A stretch of DNA of 64,000 bases from Acidobacteriaceae bacterium (GTDB taxonomy: Bacteria > Acidobacteriota > Terriglobia > Terriglobales > Acidobacteriaceae): positions 6,898-70,897 of the forward strand of contig DASZAG010000131.1 in NCBI GenBank assembly GCA_035945555.1, given 5' to 3'. The position numbers and the translations under genes are program-made. Of the stretch, positions 55,606 through 64,000 are shown piece after piece; positions within the stretch are counted from its first letter, which is position 1, and each line of letters starts with the position of its first letter. The notes beneath the pieces were generated by a model. It searched no databases, was not told the DNA's origin, and saw only the letters and a program-made list of their open reading frames with translations.

Positions 55606-58600
55606 TCGAGCGCCTGCACGGTGCCGCGTCCCAGCAGCGCCTCGGCGCGTTCAATGAATGCGCGGTCGGCGGCAATCTTCATCGCTGCGGGTTCCAGCAC
55701 CACGCAAAACTCTCCCGCCTGCTCAAGATTCAGCATCAGCTTCGCCGGCCCCGGCGCACCCGCGACAATTTCCTTCAGCTCCACCAACTCTGCATCGCCC
55801 ACCCGCCCCAGTGGCACACGGATGCGCACATTCTGCGGCAGTTTTACCTTCACATCCTCAAGCGCCTGAATCGACGAAACCGCCAGTTTTGGCGCAGCGT
55901 CCTCTTCCGCCCGCAATTGCCCGCGTACCAGCACCGGGACCTCGATCTTCAGGTTCTCCGCCAGCCGCTCATAATCCTTCGGGAAGCAGATCAGATCAAT
56001 TTTTCCCACCGTGTCTTCAAGCGCGGCCTGCGCATAAAGTTCGCCGGAGCGCTTCGACTTCGCAACTTTCAAGCCCACAATCACGCCCGCAATCGCAACC
56101 TCATTCTCCGGTGCCTGCTGACCTCTGCGCCCCGTAGGTGGAGCGGGCTTCATGTCCAGTGCAGTCGCCGTATCCACCACGCCGGGCAAATTGCGCAGTT
56201 TCTCCGCATACTTGTCCAGCGGATGTCCGGACACAAAGAACCCTAACACCTCTTTTTCCGCCTGCAACCGCAAGTGCTCGTCCCAGTCCGGAACCTTGGG
56301 TAACTCGTCCGCGCTTGCCGCCGCAGGCTCATTATCAAAAATCCCGAACAGCCCGTGCTGTCCCGCAGCGTTGTCGCGCTGCGCCTTCTGCGCGCGTTCA
56401 ATCGCCTTGTCTGCCGCTGCCATAAGCTGGGATCGCCGCCCGAACGAGTCCAGCGCGCCGGCCTTGATCAACGATTCCAGCACGCGCTTATTCATCAGCC
56501 GAAGATCCACGCGCTCGCAGAAATCGAAATACGATGCGAAAGTCTTCCCTTCCGTCGCCAGTTCTGCGCGGGCAGAAAGAATTGAGTCAATCGCGTTTCG
56601 CCCCACGTTCTTGATCGCTGTCAGTCCAAACCGAATCGCCTTTCCGTGCGGCGTAAAGTCTGCGTCGCTGAAAAGAACATCGGGCGGCTCGACCGGAATC
56701 TCCAACTCTCGGCATTCCTTGATGTACTTCACCACGTTTTCAGGTTTGGAGATTTCCGACGTCAGCAGCGCCGCCATAAATTCCACTGGATAATGCGTCT
56801 TCAAATACGCCGTTTGATAGGCCACTAGCGCATACGCCGCAGAGTGCGACTTATTGAAGCCGTATCCGGAGAACTTCGCCATTTGATCGAAGATTTCGCC
56901 CACTGCTGCTTTCGGGTGCCCAAGTGCCGCAGCGCCGCTCATGAAGCGGTCCCGCTGTTCCGCCATCGCCTCGGCGTTCTTTTTCCCCATCGCGCGCCGC
57001 AACAAGTCGGCTTCGCCCAGTGAGTAGCTCGCGAGCACATTGGCGATCCGCATCACCTGTTCCTGGTAGACGATCACTCCGAGTGAGTCTTTAAGTATCC
57101 CCTCAAGCTCCGGTAACAGGAACTCCACTTTTTTGCGGCCCCATTTGCGCTCGATGAAGTCGTCGATCATATCCATCGGCCCGGGCCGATAGAGCGCATT
57201 CAGCGCAGTCAGATCCTCAACCGTGTCCGGCTTGTAACGTCGCAAAATGTCCCGCATGCCGGGTGATTCAAACTGGAAAATCCCCGACGTCAGCGCCGTA
57301 TGAAACACCCGCCTGAACGTCTCGGGGTCGTCCGCCGGGATCAAATCGATATCAAGCTTCTCTCCGCGAGTCTGCTCAATCAACCTTAAACAGTCGGTGA
57401 TCACCGTCAGTGTCGCAAGGCCCAGGAAGTCCATCTTCAGAAGGCCCATTTTCTCAACGGCCTTCATGTCATAGGACGTTACAATTTCATCGTTCTTGCT
57501 TCGGCTCACCGGAACCAGATCAGCCAGTGGACGTGGCGCGATCACCACAGCCGAGGCATGCACGCCCGCGCCGCGCACCAACCCTTCCAGCTTTTTCGCT
57601 GTATCAATCAGTTCGCGAATTTGGGGATTGCCGTCATACGCTTCCTGCAACTGTGGTGAATCTTTCAGCGCCTGTTCAATAGTCACGCCTATCGTTGTAG
57701 GGACCAGCTTCGCAATCCGATCCACATCACCGTACGGCATATCTAGCGCCCGCCCCACGTCCTTGATGGCCGCCTTCGCCGCCATCGTATTAAACGTGAT
57801 GATTTGCGCCACCTGCTCGCGTCCATACTTCCGCGTCACGTAGTCGATCACTTCGCCGCGGCGGTTCTGGCAGAAGTCCACATCGATATCGGGCATGGTG
57901 ACCCGCTCAGGGTTCAGAAAGCGCTCAAAAAGCAGCACATTCTGCATAGGGTCGATGTTCGTGATTTCCATCGCATACGCGACCAGCGAACCCGTTGCCG
58001 AACCTCTTCCCGGCCCGACTGGAATCCCATGGTCGCGCGCATACTTGATGAAATCCCAAACGATAAGGAAGTACCCTGAGTACTTCATCTGCTTGATAAT
58101 GTCGATCTCGAAATTCAACCGAGATTCGTATTCATGCACCGGAGTGCGCAGCACTCCCCGGGCTTCCAGGGTCCGCACCGCGGTATCCAGGCGCTTCTTC
58201 AAGCCCTGTCGGCACACCTGCTCAAAATAGCTATCAATCGTGTGCCCCTCAGGAACCGCAAATTCTGGAAACGGATTCTCCACCTGGTTCAGCTTCAGCG
58301 AGCAGCGCTCCGCGAACTGCATCGTGCGGCTCACCACTTCCGGAGCGTGCGAGAACAGCCGCTGCATCTCTGCCGCGGACTTCACATAAAACTGGTCAGA
58401 ATCAAACTTGAATCGCTTCGGATCGTGAATCGAACCTGCCGTTTGCACGCATAACAGCACCTCGTGCGCGTGGGAGTCGTCTTCACACAGATAGTGGCTG
58501 TCGTTGGTTGCCACCAACGGAATCCCCAGCTCTCGCTCCAGCCGGAACAAGTCCGCATGAATCTTCTTCTCAAGTTCCAGCCCCTGGTCTTGAATCTCAA

Positions 58601-59114
58601 GGAAGAAATTGCCGCGCCCAAAAATATCCTGGTACTGCCCGGCCGTGGTTTTGGCCGCGCCGTAGTTGCCGGCCATCAGATTCTCGCAGAGTTCGCCCGC
58701 CAGGCATCCGGAAAATCCGACCAATCCCGCCGAATGTTCAGCCAGGTATTTCTTGCTCACGCGCGGCTTGCGATAAAAGCCATACAGCGACGCTTCCGAC
58801 GTAATGCGAACAAGGTTCCGATACCCCTCCTCATTTTCCGCAAGTACCAGCAAGTGATTGTAGTCGTCGCCCTGCGGATCAGCCCGATGATCGTCTTTCT
58901 TACAGATGTAGAGCTCACAGCCGAGAATCGGCTTGATGCCCCGCTTCTTCGCTGCCTCAAAAAAATGCACCGCTCCGTAGATGTTGCCGTGGTCCGTAAT
59001 TGCAACAGCCTTCTGGTCTAGGCCGGCAACGCGGTCCACCAGCTTCTCCACGTCGCAGGCACCGTCAAGAAGCGAATAATCCGTGTGCAGATGAAGGTGT
59101 GTGAATTCAGCCAT
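55602..59114 (-). CDS. dnaE: DNA polymerase III alpha subunit
   Basis: At 1170 aa, it has the PHP domain FTHLHLHTDYSLLDGA...AITDHGNIYG. The polymerase core has PDIDVDF and the GYGFNKSHSAAYA finger motif. A C-terminal OB region is present. Confidence 0.95.
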   Translation of the reverse strand: MAEFTHLHLHTDYSLLDGACDVEKLVDRVAGLDQKAVAITDHGNIYGAVHFFEAAKKRGIKPILGCELYICKKDDHRADPQGDDYNHLLVLAENEEGYRNLVRITSEASLYGFYRKPRVSKKYLAEHSAGLVGFSGCLAGELCENLMAGNYGAAKTTAGQYQDIFGRGNFFLEIQDQGLELEKKIHADLFRLERELGIPLVATNDSHYLCEDDSHAHEVLLCVQTAGSIHDPKRFKFDSDQFYVKSAAEMQRLFSHAPEVVSRTMQFAERCSLKLNQVENPFPEFAVPEGHTIDSYFEQVCRQGLKKRLDTAVRTLEARGVLRTPVHEYESRLNFEIDIIKQMKYSGYFLIVWDFIKYARDHGIPVGPGRGSATGSLVAYAMEITNIDPMQNVLLFERFLNPERVTMPDIDVDFCQNRRGEVIDYVTRKYGREQVAQIITFNTMAAKAAIKDVGRALDMPYGDVDRIAKLVPTTIGVTIEQALKDSPQLQEAYDGNPQIRELIDTAKKLEGLVRGAGVHASAVVIAPRPLADLVPVSRSKNDEIVTSYDMKAVEKMGLLKMDFLGLATLTVITDCLRLIEQTRGEKLDIDLIPADDPETFRRVFHTALTSGIFQFESPGMRDILRRYKPDTVEDLTALNALYRPGPMDMIDDFIERKWGRKKVEFLLPELEGILKDSLGVIVYQEQVMRIANVLASYSLGEADLLRRAMGKKNAEAMAEQRDRFMSGAAALGHPKAAVGEIFDQMAKFSGYGFNKSHSAAYALVAYQTAYLKTHYPVEFMAALLTSEISKPENVVKYIKECRELEIPVEPPDVLFSDADFTPHGKAIRFGLTAIKNVGRNAIDSILSARAELATEGKTFASYFDFCERVDLRLMNKRVLESLIKAGALDSFGRRSQLMAAADKAIERAQKAQRDNAAGQHGLFGIFDNEPAAASADELPKVPDWDEHLRLQAEKEVLGFFVSGHPLDKYAEKLRNLPGVVDTATALDMKPAPPTGRRGQQAPENEVAIAGVIVGLKVAKSKRSGELYAQAALEDTVGKIDLICFPKDYERLAENLKIEVPVLVRGQLRAEEDAAPKLAVSSIQALEDVKVKLPQNVRIRVPLGRVGDAELVELKEIVAGAPGPAKLMLNLEQAGEFCVVLEPAAMKIAADRAFIERAEALLGRGTVQALD

Positions 59115-59188
59115 GGGTATGGCTAAATTTTAGCCTCGGTTCGGCCGCACTTCGACTCTAAGCCGACGTGGAAAACCGGGGACAAAAC

Positions 59189-59407
59189 TCAGTTTTCTCC
59201 CCGATACAGCAAATCCCGAATCGCCTTACGCCGCGCAGCATTGATTTCCGTGGCACCGCGCAACTCTTCGGCGTCGACCCCGTTGGTCGTCGACTCCACG
59301 CTTTCCGGCTCGCTGCACTCGGGGCAGCGATTCGCAAATCCGGGCTTGTTCGGCTTAAGTTCAAATTCCTCACCGCACTCCACGCAAACTTTAATAGGAA
59401 AAGGCAT
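59189..59407 (-). CDS. Small zinc-ribbon protein (hypothetical)
   Basis: CVECGEEFELKPNKPGFANRCPEC (CxxC-x16-CxxC) is followed by an acidic segment and a helix. The start is uncertain (59407 with GGAG upstream, or 59452). Confidence 0.45.
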   Translation of the reverse strand: MPFPIKVCVECGEEFELKPNKPGFANRCPECSEPESVESTTNGVDAEELRGATEINAARRKAIRDLLYRGEN

Positions 59408-59533
59408 ATATAACTCCATTGCGAGGGTACTTGCATCCTCTTTATTGATCACATTACGGATGCTTGAACCCAGCGTTTGGATTCTTTGACGCGAGCGATT
59501 GCGCTTCGGAAGCAGCGTTATCTGTGAATCCCT

Positions 59534-60742
59534 TCAATCTGTCAACTCACGTACCACCGCGCCAACCGCACGTGCTGCCCGCCGCAACTCCTCATCACGC
59601 GTCAGGCAATCAGGACATATCCGCAGCCGCTCCCCGCGCGCGTCGCACGCAACGCCAACTCTATCCAGCAGCGCGGGAACCTCCATCGCACGCCTCAACC
59701 GGATCGTCAAAAACGCCCCGCGTCGCTCATCTCCGCCGGTCACGTTCTGTACGTTAGCCTCCGCCAAGTATCCCCGCATCGCCCCAAGCTGCTTCAGCGA
59801 ATACTCCCGCAACCGCGCAACTCCCATCTCCAGTGCGAACTCTGCTCCACTCCTCGCCTGGTACCAGGTCAGCACCGCCGGCGTTCCCTCTAGAAAAGCA
59901 TCTCCACCGGCTCTGAGCGTCGGAGGATCCGGCCGCTGAAACCGAAACATATCCTCGTTCGCGAACCAGCCCGTATCCAATGGACGCAGCCCGCTCTCCA
60001 GCGCTCGTGGAGACACATACAAATACCCCGCGCCCGGGCCGCCACGGAGATATTTGTAACTTCCTCCAATCGCAAAATCCGCGCCCATCGTCTGCACATC
60101 TACAGGAAAAACGCCGACCGCATGGTAGAGATCCACCAGCAGCCGAGCGCCGCAGGCGTGACATGCCTCGGCAAGCCGATTCAGTCCGCTAACCACTTGT
60201 CCGGTCATGAACATCACCAGCGACACCACCACTAATTCGGCACCATGCTCTGCTTCCGCCATCAACGCGTCCACCGAGAACTCGCCCTGAACATCGGGCT
60301 CGACCCAGCGCACATCAATGCGCCCCAATGCGGCGTACTGCTTCAAGATCATGTCCACCGCATCGAATTCGCCCCGCGTCGTCACCACCCGTGGCTTACC
60401 CGGGAGCGCGTTCAGCACTGCCCTCAGTCCTTGCCCAGCGGAAGCCCTGGGCACAATGCAATCCGGACGCTCCGCCCCTATCAGCCGCGCAATGCGTCCG
60501 CGGAACGCTTCGCGCTCGACCAACCACTGCTCCCACGCATGCCCCAGCTTGCTGTACCAAAGCTTCGTTCCTTCCGCCAGATCATCCGCCATGGTGTCTA
60601 GAGGACGCCCCAGCGAGTGGTTTTCCAAATAGATTCGCTCGCTCGCGAGCACGCGCGAAAACAATGGCGCAATATTCCGCGTTATTCCCTCTTCATTAAG
60701 CGCTCCGCGGCCCAACGCCGCTACTGCTTCAGCCGTCTTCAT
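59534..60742 (-). CDS. kynU: Kynureninase (PLP-dependent, aminotransferase class V fold)
   Basis: [18 protein letters not shown] gives the PLP Lys context typical of kynureninase. It has a 4-nt overlap with, and lies immediately downstream of, tryptophan 2,3-dioxygenase. Confidence 0.75.
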   Translation of the reverse strand: MKTAEAVAALGRGALNEEGITRNIAPLFSRVLASERIYLENHSLGRPLDTMADDLAEGTKLWYSKLGHAWEQWLVEREAFRGRIARLIGAERPDCIVPRASAGQGLRAVLNALPGKPRVVTTRGEFDAVDMILKQYAALGRIDVRWVEPDVQGEFSVDALMAEAEHGAELVVVSLVMFMTGQVVSGLNRLAEACHACGARLLVDLYHAVGVFPVDVQTMGADFAIGGSYKYLRGGPGAGYLYVSPRALESGLRPLDTGWFANEDMFRFQRPDPPTLRAGGDAFLEGTPAVLTWYQARSGAEFALEMGVARLREYSLKQLGAMRGYLAEANVQNVTGGDERRGAFLTIRLRRAMEVPALLDRVGVACDARGERLRICPDCLTRDEELRRAARAVGAVVRELTD

Positions 60743-61590
60743 TTTTGCTTCAACCCCGTTCGCACCGCCAGCAATTCCGGAAAGAACGTCAGCTCAAGCG
60801 CCTGCCGCAAAAATCCGACGCCCGACGATCCCCCGGTCCCCCGTCTGAATCCAATAATCCTTTCTACCGTTTTCATGTGCCGGAAGCGCCACAACTGGAA
60901 ATATTCCTCCACGTCCACCAGCTTCTCGCACATCTCGTAGGCGTCCCATTGTTCGCGCGGATGCTCATATATCCCCCGAAACACCTCCATCAACGCATCA
61001 TTCATCTCGTGCGGCTCGCTCCAGTCACGTTCAGCGCACTCGTTTGGAACCGCAAGTCCACGCCGCGCCAGATGCCGCAGAAATTCGTCGTACAAGCTCG
61101 GAGCCTCGAGCGTATCCAGCAAATCCGTATGAATCGCGGAGTCATACTCAAACACCCGCAGCGCACCCCGGTTCTTGTTCCCCAGCAAAAATTCCAGCTT
61201 CCGGTACTGATGCGACTGGAACCCCGATGCATTCCCCAGAACTCCGCGAAACTCCATGTATTCCGAAGGTGTCAGCGTCTCCAGAACCGCCCATTGGTTG
61301 AAAAGCTGCATCTGGATCAGCTTCGCCCGTGACAGAATCTTGAAGCAAGGATCCAACTGATCATGCTGCACAAACCGGATCGCGGCCGAAAGCTCATGAA
61401 TCAGCTGCTTGATCCAAAGCTCCGCAACCTGGTGCTGAATAATGAACAGCATCTCGTCGTGGTGCGTGGGCTGTGATAAAGGACGCTGCTGATCCAGCAA
61501 CTCCGCTAGCCGCAGGTATCCTGCGTAGCTCATCCGGTCTGAAAAATCTGTGACAATTCCCGGTTCGAGCGGGCGCTCATTTTTGTCCAT
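60739..61590 (-). CDS. kynA: Tryptophan 2,3-dioxygenase
   Basis: Matching blocks are [62 protein letters not shown] and GTGGSSG. Confidence 0.9.
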   Translation of the reverse strand: MDKNERPLEPGIVTDFSDRMSYAGYLRLAELLDQQRPLSQPTHHDEMLFIIQHQVAELWIKQLIHELSAAIRFVQHDQLDPCFKILSRAKLIQMQLFNQWAVLETLTPSEYMEFRGVLGNASGFQSHQYRKLEFLLGNKNRGALRVFEYDSAIHTDLLDTLEAPSLYDEFLRHLARRGLAVPNECAERDWSEPHEMNDALMEVFRGIYEHPREQWDAYEMCEKLVDVEEYFQLWRFRHMKTVERIIGFRRGTGGSSGVGFLRQALELTFFPELLAVRTGLKQK

Positions 61591-61831
61591 AACTCACCTT
61601 TGGATGATGCCGTCTCGCGGACAAAAAAGATGCCCGGCGGAAAAGGCCATGAAACACCCGCCAGGCACAGGGAGGCATACTTCCCTCAGGAAAACGTTCC
61701 AGAGTGCGACTCGGAGTGCACGTTTGTCAACCGGAAAAATAAGATTTTTTTGGACTTAGCTCCGTGTTTTCCACACAAAAAGCTAAAGGAGAGCGCTAGG
61801 CCCTCCTTCGCCAACTTCCAAACGTTGCTAG

Positions 61832-62788
61832 CTATTTCACTACCGACTGGAACAGTGGCGACTCCAAAAGCGCCGAAAACTGGCTATCCGAACTGGAATA
61901 ATTCACGTTCAGTTCGCCAGCGCTCGAGTCAATCGTCGTCGCATCGATCGCTTGCTTTTCCACCGGAGTTCCCCGCAGCTTCTCATACATTGCCGCAGCA
62001 TTCAGCAGTGACGAGAGCGTAGCAGCGGTGAACGTATCGGGGGTCGTCACCACCAGCGAGAACTTCACCCCATTCTGGAAGTTCATGGTGTAACGAGAAC
62101 CAAGCAAACGCTTTTTCATCTGGTCATAATCGGTCACCTGTGACGCTTGCCCCATCAACGACCGCATCATGAACTGTGTTCCTTGCTGATCGAGAATGCT
62201 CCATACCGGTTGCGAATCCACTGCACCCATTTGCTCCAACATCTTCTGGTTGCTCTCAAGGTTCGAAGCCAGCCCATCGCGGGCGTCTAGCGCCGCCTTC
62301 AATGCCTCTGTCCCGCCAAACACCATCGTAGTCGGGTTTAGGAACACAACCGTCATCCCGCTCGCGCCCATGGGATAGAGCTGGTTCGCTCGAATCATCT
62401 TCGGTTTGATCTTCTTTTTCTTCAGCCCGGCAATAATGTCCGGCACAGAAAACTGCCCCTGCGCAATGCCAACTGTCAGCGCGCCTTCCGTGTTGGGTGT
62501 CTTGAAGGCCGCAAACGCCAGCGAGTCAACATCGTGGCCCTCGTCAAAGCCAGACGCCTTCAGTGCCTGCTCCAATTCCTTCAACTCAGGAGGAAGAATT
62601 CGCGCTTTCAGGTCCATGGCCGCGGGCGAGTTCTGCATCGCGCGGTAATCCACCACGATAATCTGCTGCACATTGCTGGGAATCGCTGTGCGCGCATCGG
62701 TGTCCAACTGCGCCGCGCCCGCGCTCAGGGTCAACCCGCTGCATATGCATGCAACTGCCAGCCCTGCAAGCAATCTTTGAACTTTCAC
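61832..62788 (-). CDS. Secreted hypothetical protein
   Basis: Signal MKVQRLLAGLAVACICSGLTLSAGAA. The 290-aa mature part has no motif I recognise. Confidence 0.55.
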   Translation of the reverse strand: MKVQRLLAGLAVACICSGLTLSAGAAQLDTDARTAIPSNVQQIIVVDYRAMQNSPAAMDLKARILPPELKELEQALKASGFDEGHDVDSLAFAAFKTPNTEGALTVGIAQGQFSVPDIIAGLKKKKIKPKMIRANQLYPMGASGMTVVFLNPTTMVFGGTEALKAALDARDGLASNLESNQKMLEQMGAVDSQPVWSILDQQGTQFMMRSLMGQASQVTDYDQMKKRLLGSRYTMNFQNGVKFSLVVTTPDTFTAATLSSLLNAAAMYEKLRGTPVEKQAIDATTIDSSAGELNVNYSSSDSQFSALLESPLFQSVVK

Positions 62789-62893
62789 CTTGTCTCCTGC
62801 TGCGGATGGCGCGAATGCGCGATCCTATCTGTCATTATTTTAGACGCGGACTTCGGTTCCTTGTTGCTCTTAACGTCGCGTCCGATGTTGAAC

Positions 62894-63847
62894 TTAATGG
62901 TGCGCCGGAGCCGTTACGCGCGGCCACTCCATGGGCCGCGCGAGCTTGCGTTCCAGAATCTTCTCTTCTGGATCAAACTCGTAGAAATGACGCAGCCAGT
63001 CACTTTCCCGCTCGGCTGCTTCCTCTGGAATCAATCCGATAAGCTCACCGCGCGCGACTTTCGCGCCGAATCGGCCCGCACTCTTTTCCACTGCCTTATA
63101 CACCTGGCTCAGAGGCGTTTGGCGAAAATCTGTGATGTTCATCGAAATCTGCGCCTCACCGTGCGCAAGCACGCCCATGGCCTTCACACCTGTCAACCCG
63201 CCGTTCGAGGCGCGAATCTCACGCGCAATCGACCGTGCCGTAGCCACGTCGCCTGTGTCCAGATACAGGTTCCACGCGATCAGAAACCGCCGCGCTCCTA
63301 CCGCCGAAGCGCCTGCCGTAGGATGCAGCTCCGGCCCACCCACATCCGGCCGCCGCGCCGCTTCCTTCTTCACCGCTTCACGCAGACCCTCGAACTGCCC
63401 TAATCGCACGTCTTCCAGCTTTGCCCGATCAGGACGCGCCGCCGCCGCTTCATAGAAGTACACCGGCACTCCGTACCGCTTCCATATCTCCGCGCCTGCC
63501 TGCCGCGCCAGTATCACACACTGCTCGAGCGAGATATCCCTCACCGGCACAAATGGAATCACGTCCGCTGCGCCAATCCTCGGATGTACCCCGCTTTGCG
63601 TCGTCAAATCGATCAGCTCTGCCGCGCGTCCAGCGCCGCGGACAGCCGATTCCACAATTGCCGCGGGCGTACCCACGATCGTCACCACCGAACGGTTGTG
63701 ATCTGCATCAAGCGAATAGTCCAACAGCGACACGCCCCTCACAGCCATTGCCGCCACAATCGACTCCACCACCGCGGCATCGCGCCCCTCAGAATAATTG
63801 GGCACGCATTCAATCAAAGGCTCGGACTCAGATGCAGGCTCTGTCAT
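62894..63847 (-). CDS. Glutamate formiminotransferase
   Basis: Matching blocks are LIECVPNYSEGRD, NRSVVTIVG and HPRIGAADVIPFVP. The ATG at 63847 is preferred because it forms an ATGA overlap with the upstream gene stop. Confidence 0.85.
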   Translation of the reverse strand: MTEPASESEPLIECVPNYSEGRDAAVVESIVAAMAVRGVSLLDYSLDADHNRSVVTIVGTPAAIVESAVRGAGRAAELIDLTTQSGVHPRIGAADVIPFVPVRDISLEQCVILARQAGAEIWKRYGVPVYFYEAAAARPDRAKLEDVRLGQFEGLREAVKKEAARRPDVGGPELHPTAGASAVGARRFLIAWNLYLDTGDVATARSIAREIRASNGGLTGVKAMGVLAHGEAQISMNITDFRQTPLSQVYKAVEKSAGRFGAKVARGELIGLIPEEAAERESDWLRHFYEFDPEEKILERKLARPMEWPRVTAPAHH

Positions 63848-64000
63848 TTCCACCACGTATAGCCAACCTGGAACTGAACGCTGGCGTTCACTCCAGGATT
63901 CCGGTCACCAAGCGAGGCACTCGAAATATGAATCGCATTGGCTGCAAAGTCAACAGACCGTTTCGGTTTTACAAAATAATGAAAGCCAATTCCAAACTGC
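63844..64000 (-). CDS. C-terminal fragment of an outer-membrane protein, possibly PagL-like lipid A deacylase/acyloxyacyl hydrolase (partial)
   Basis: Manual minus-strand translation gives ...QFGIGFHYFVKPKRSVDFAANAIHISSASLGDRNPGVNASVQFQVGYTWWK*. The H-x-S...N-P-G-x-N pattern and aromatic beta-barrel terminus resemble the PagL family. Only 51 codons are visible. Confidence 0.35.
   Translation of the reverse strand, partial: QFGIGFHYFVKPKRSVDFAANAIHISSASLGDRNPGVNASVQFQVGYTWWK

Noticed and set aside
1-64000. A search by eye for tRNA/rRNA/tmRNA/SRP-like sequences, CRISPR repeats, transposase or integrase genes, toxin-antitoxin pairs and known defence genes.
   Set aside because: No intergenic region exceeds about 245 bp. 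None contains tRNA-like T-loop motifs (GGTTCGAATCC-like) outside coding sequence, and no regularly spaced direct repeats were seen. No ORF shows DDE, tyrosine-recombinase or nuclease/helicase defence motifs. A covariance-model and repeat-finder scan would be needed to be definitive.

Overview
This is a dense, high-GC (roughly 58-62 % from hand-sampled lines) bacterial chromosomal segment. About 50 protein-coding genes lie on both strands. Gene content suggests an Acidobacteriota-like soil heterotroph; this is inference only. The supporting features are several ToxR/CadC-type winged-helix membrane regulators with TolB/TPR sensors, many Sec/Tat-secreted hypothetical proteins, glycoside hydrolases and sigma-54 signalling.

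Recognisable housekeeping genes:
- dnaE, aroA, hpt and rdgB
- sdhCAB with a single-subunit b558-type anchor
- korAB-like 2-oxoacid:ferredoxin oxidoreductase
- two cyclophilins
- xylB, kynA-kynU and a glutamate formiminotransferase

Accessory-looking blocks:
1. A secreted esterase plus a GH32 fructosidase.
2. Two paralogous winged-helix/TM/periplasmic-sensor regulators, each divergent from a small secreted protein. The first is followed by three tandem paralogous Trp/Gly-rich single-pass membrane proteins of unknown function.
3. A GH127-like enzyme with a Tat signal.
4. An acyltransferase, a disordered secreted protein, a low-GC Wzy-like membrane protein, Wza and a Wzc tyrosine kinase.
5. A rhodanese, then a divergent sigma-54 activator, histidine kinase, Pro-rich lipoprotein and HAMP-PP2C phosphatase.
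6. A LacI-controlled L-arabinose locus: araD, an SSS transporter, a small membrane protein, a FucI-like isomerase and araB.

I found no rRNA, tRNA, CRISPR array, transposase, integrase or recognisable defence gene. No single clear novel system stands out. The best candidate for something undescribed is the tandem triplet of W/G-rich membrane-anchored proteins (7581-9567) downstream of the TolB-propeller ToxR-like regulator. All functional calls rest on motif recognition by eye, not on database searches.
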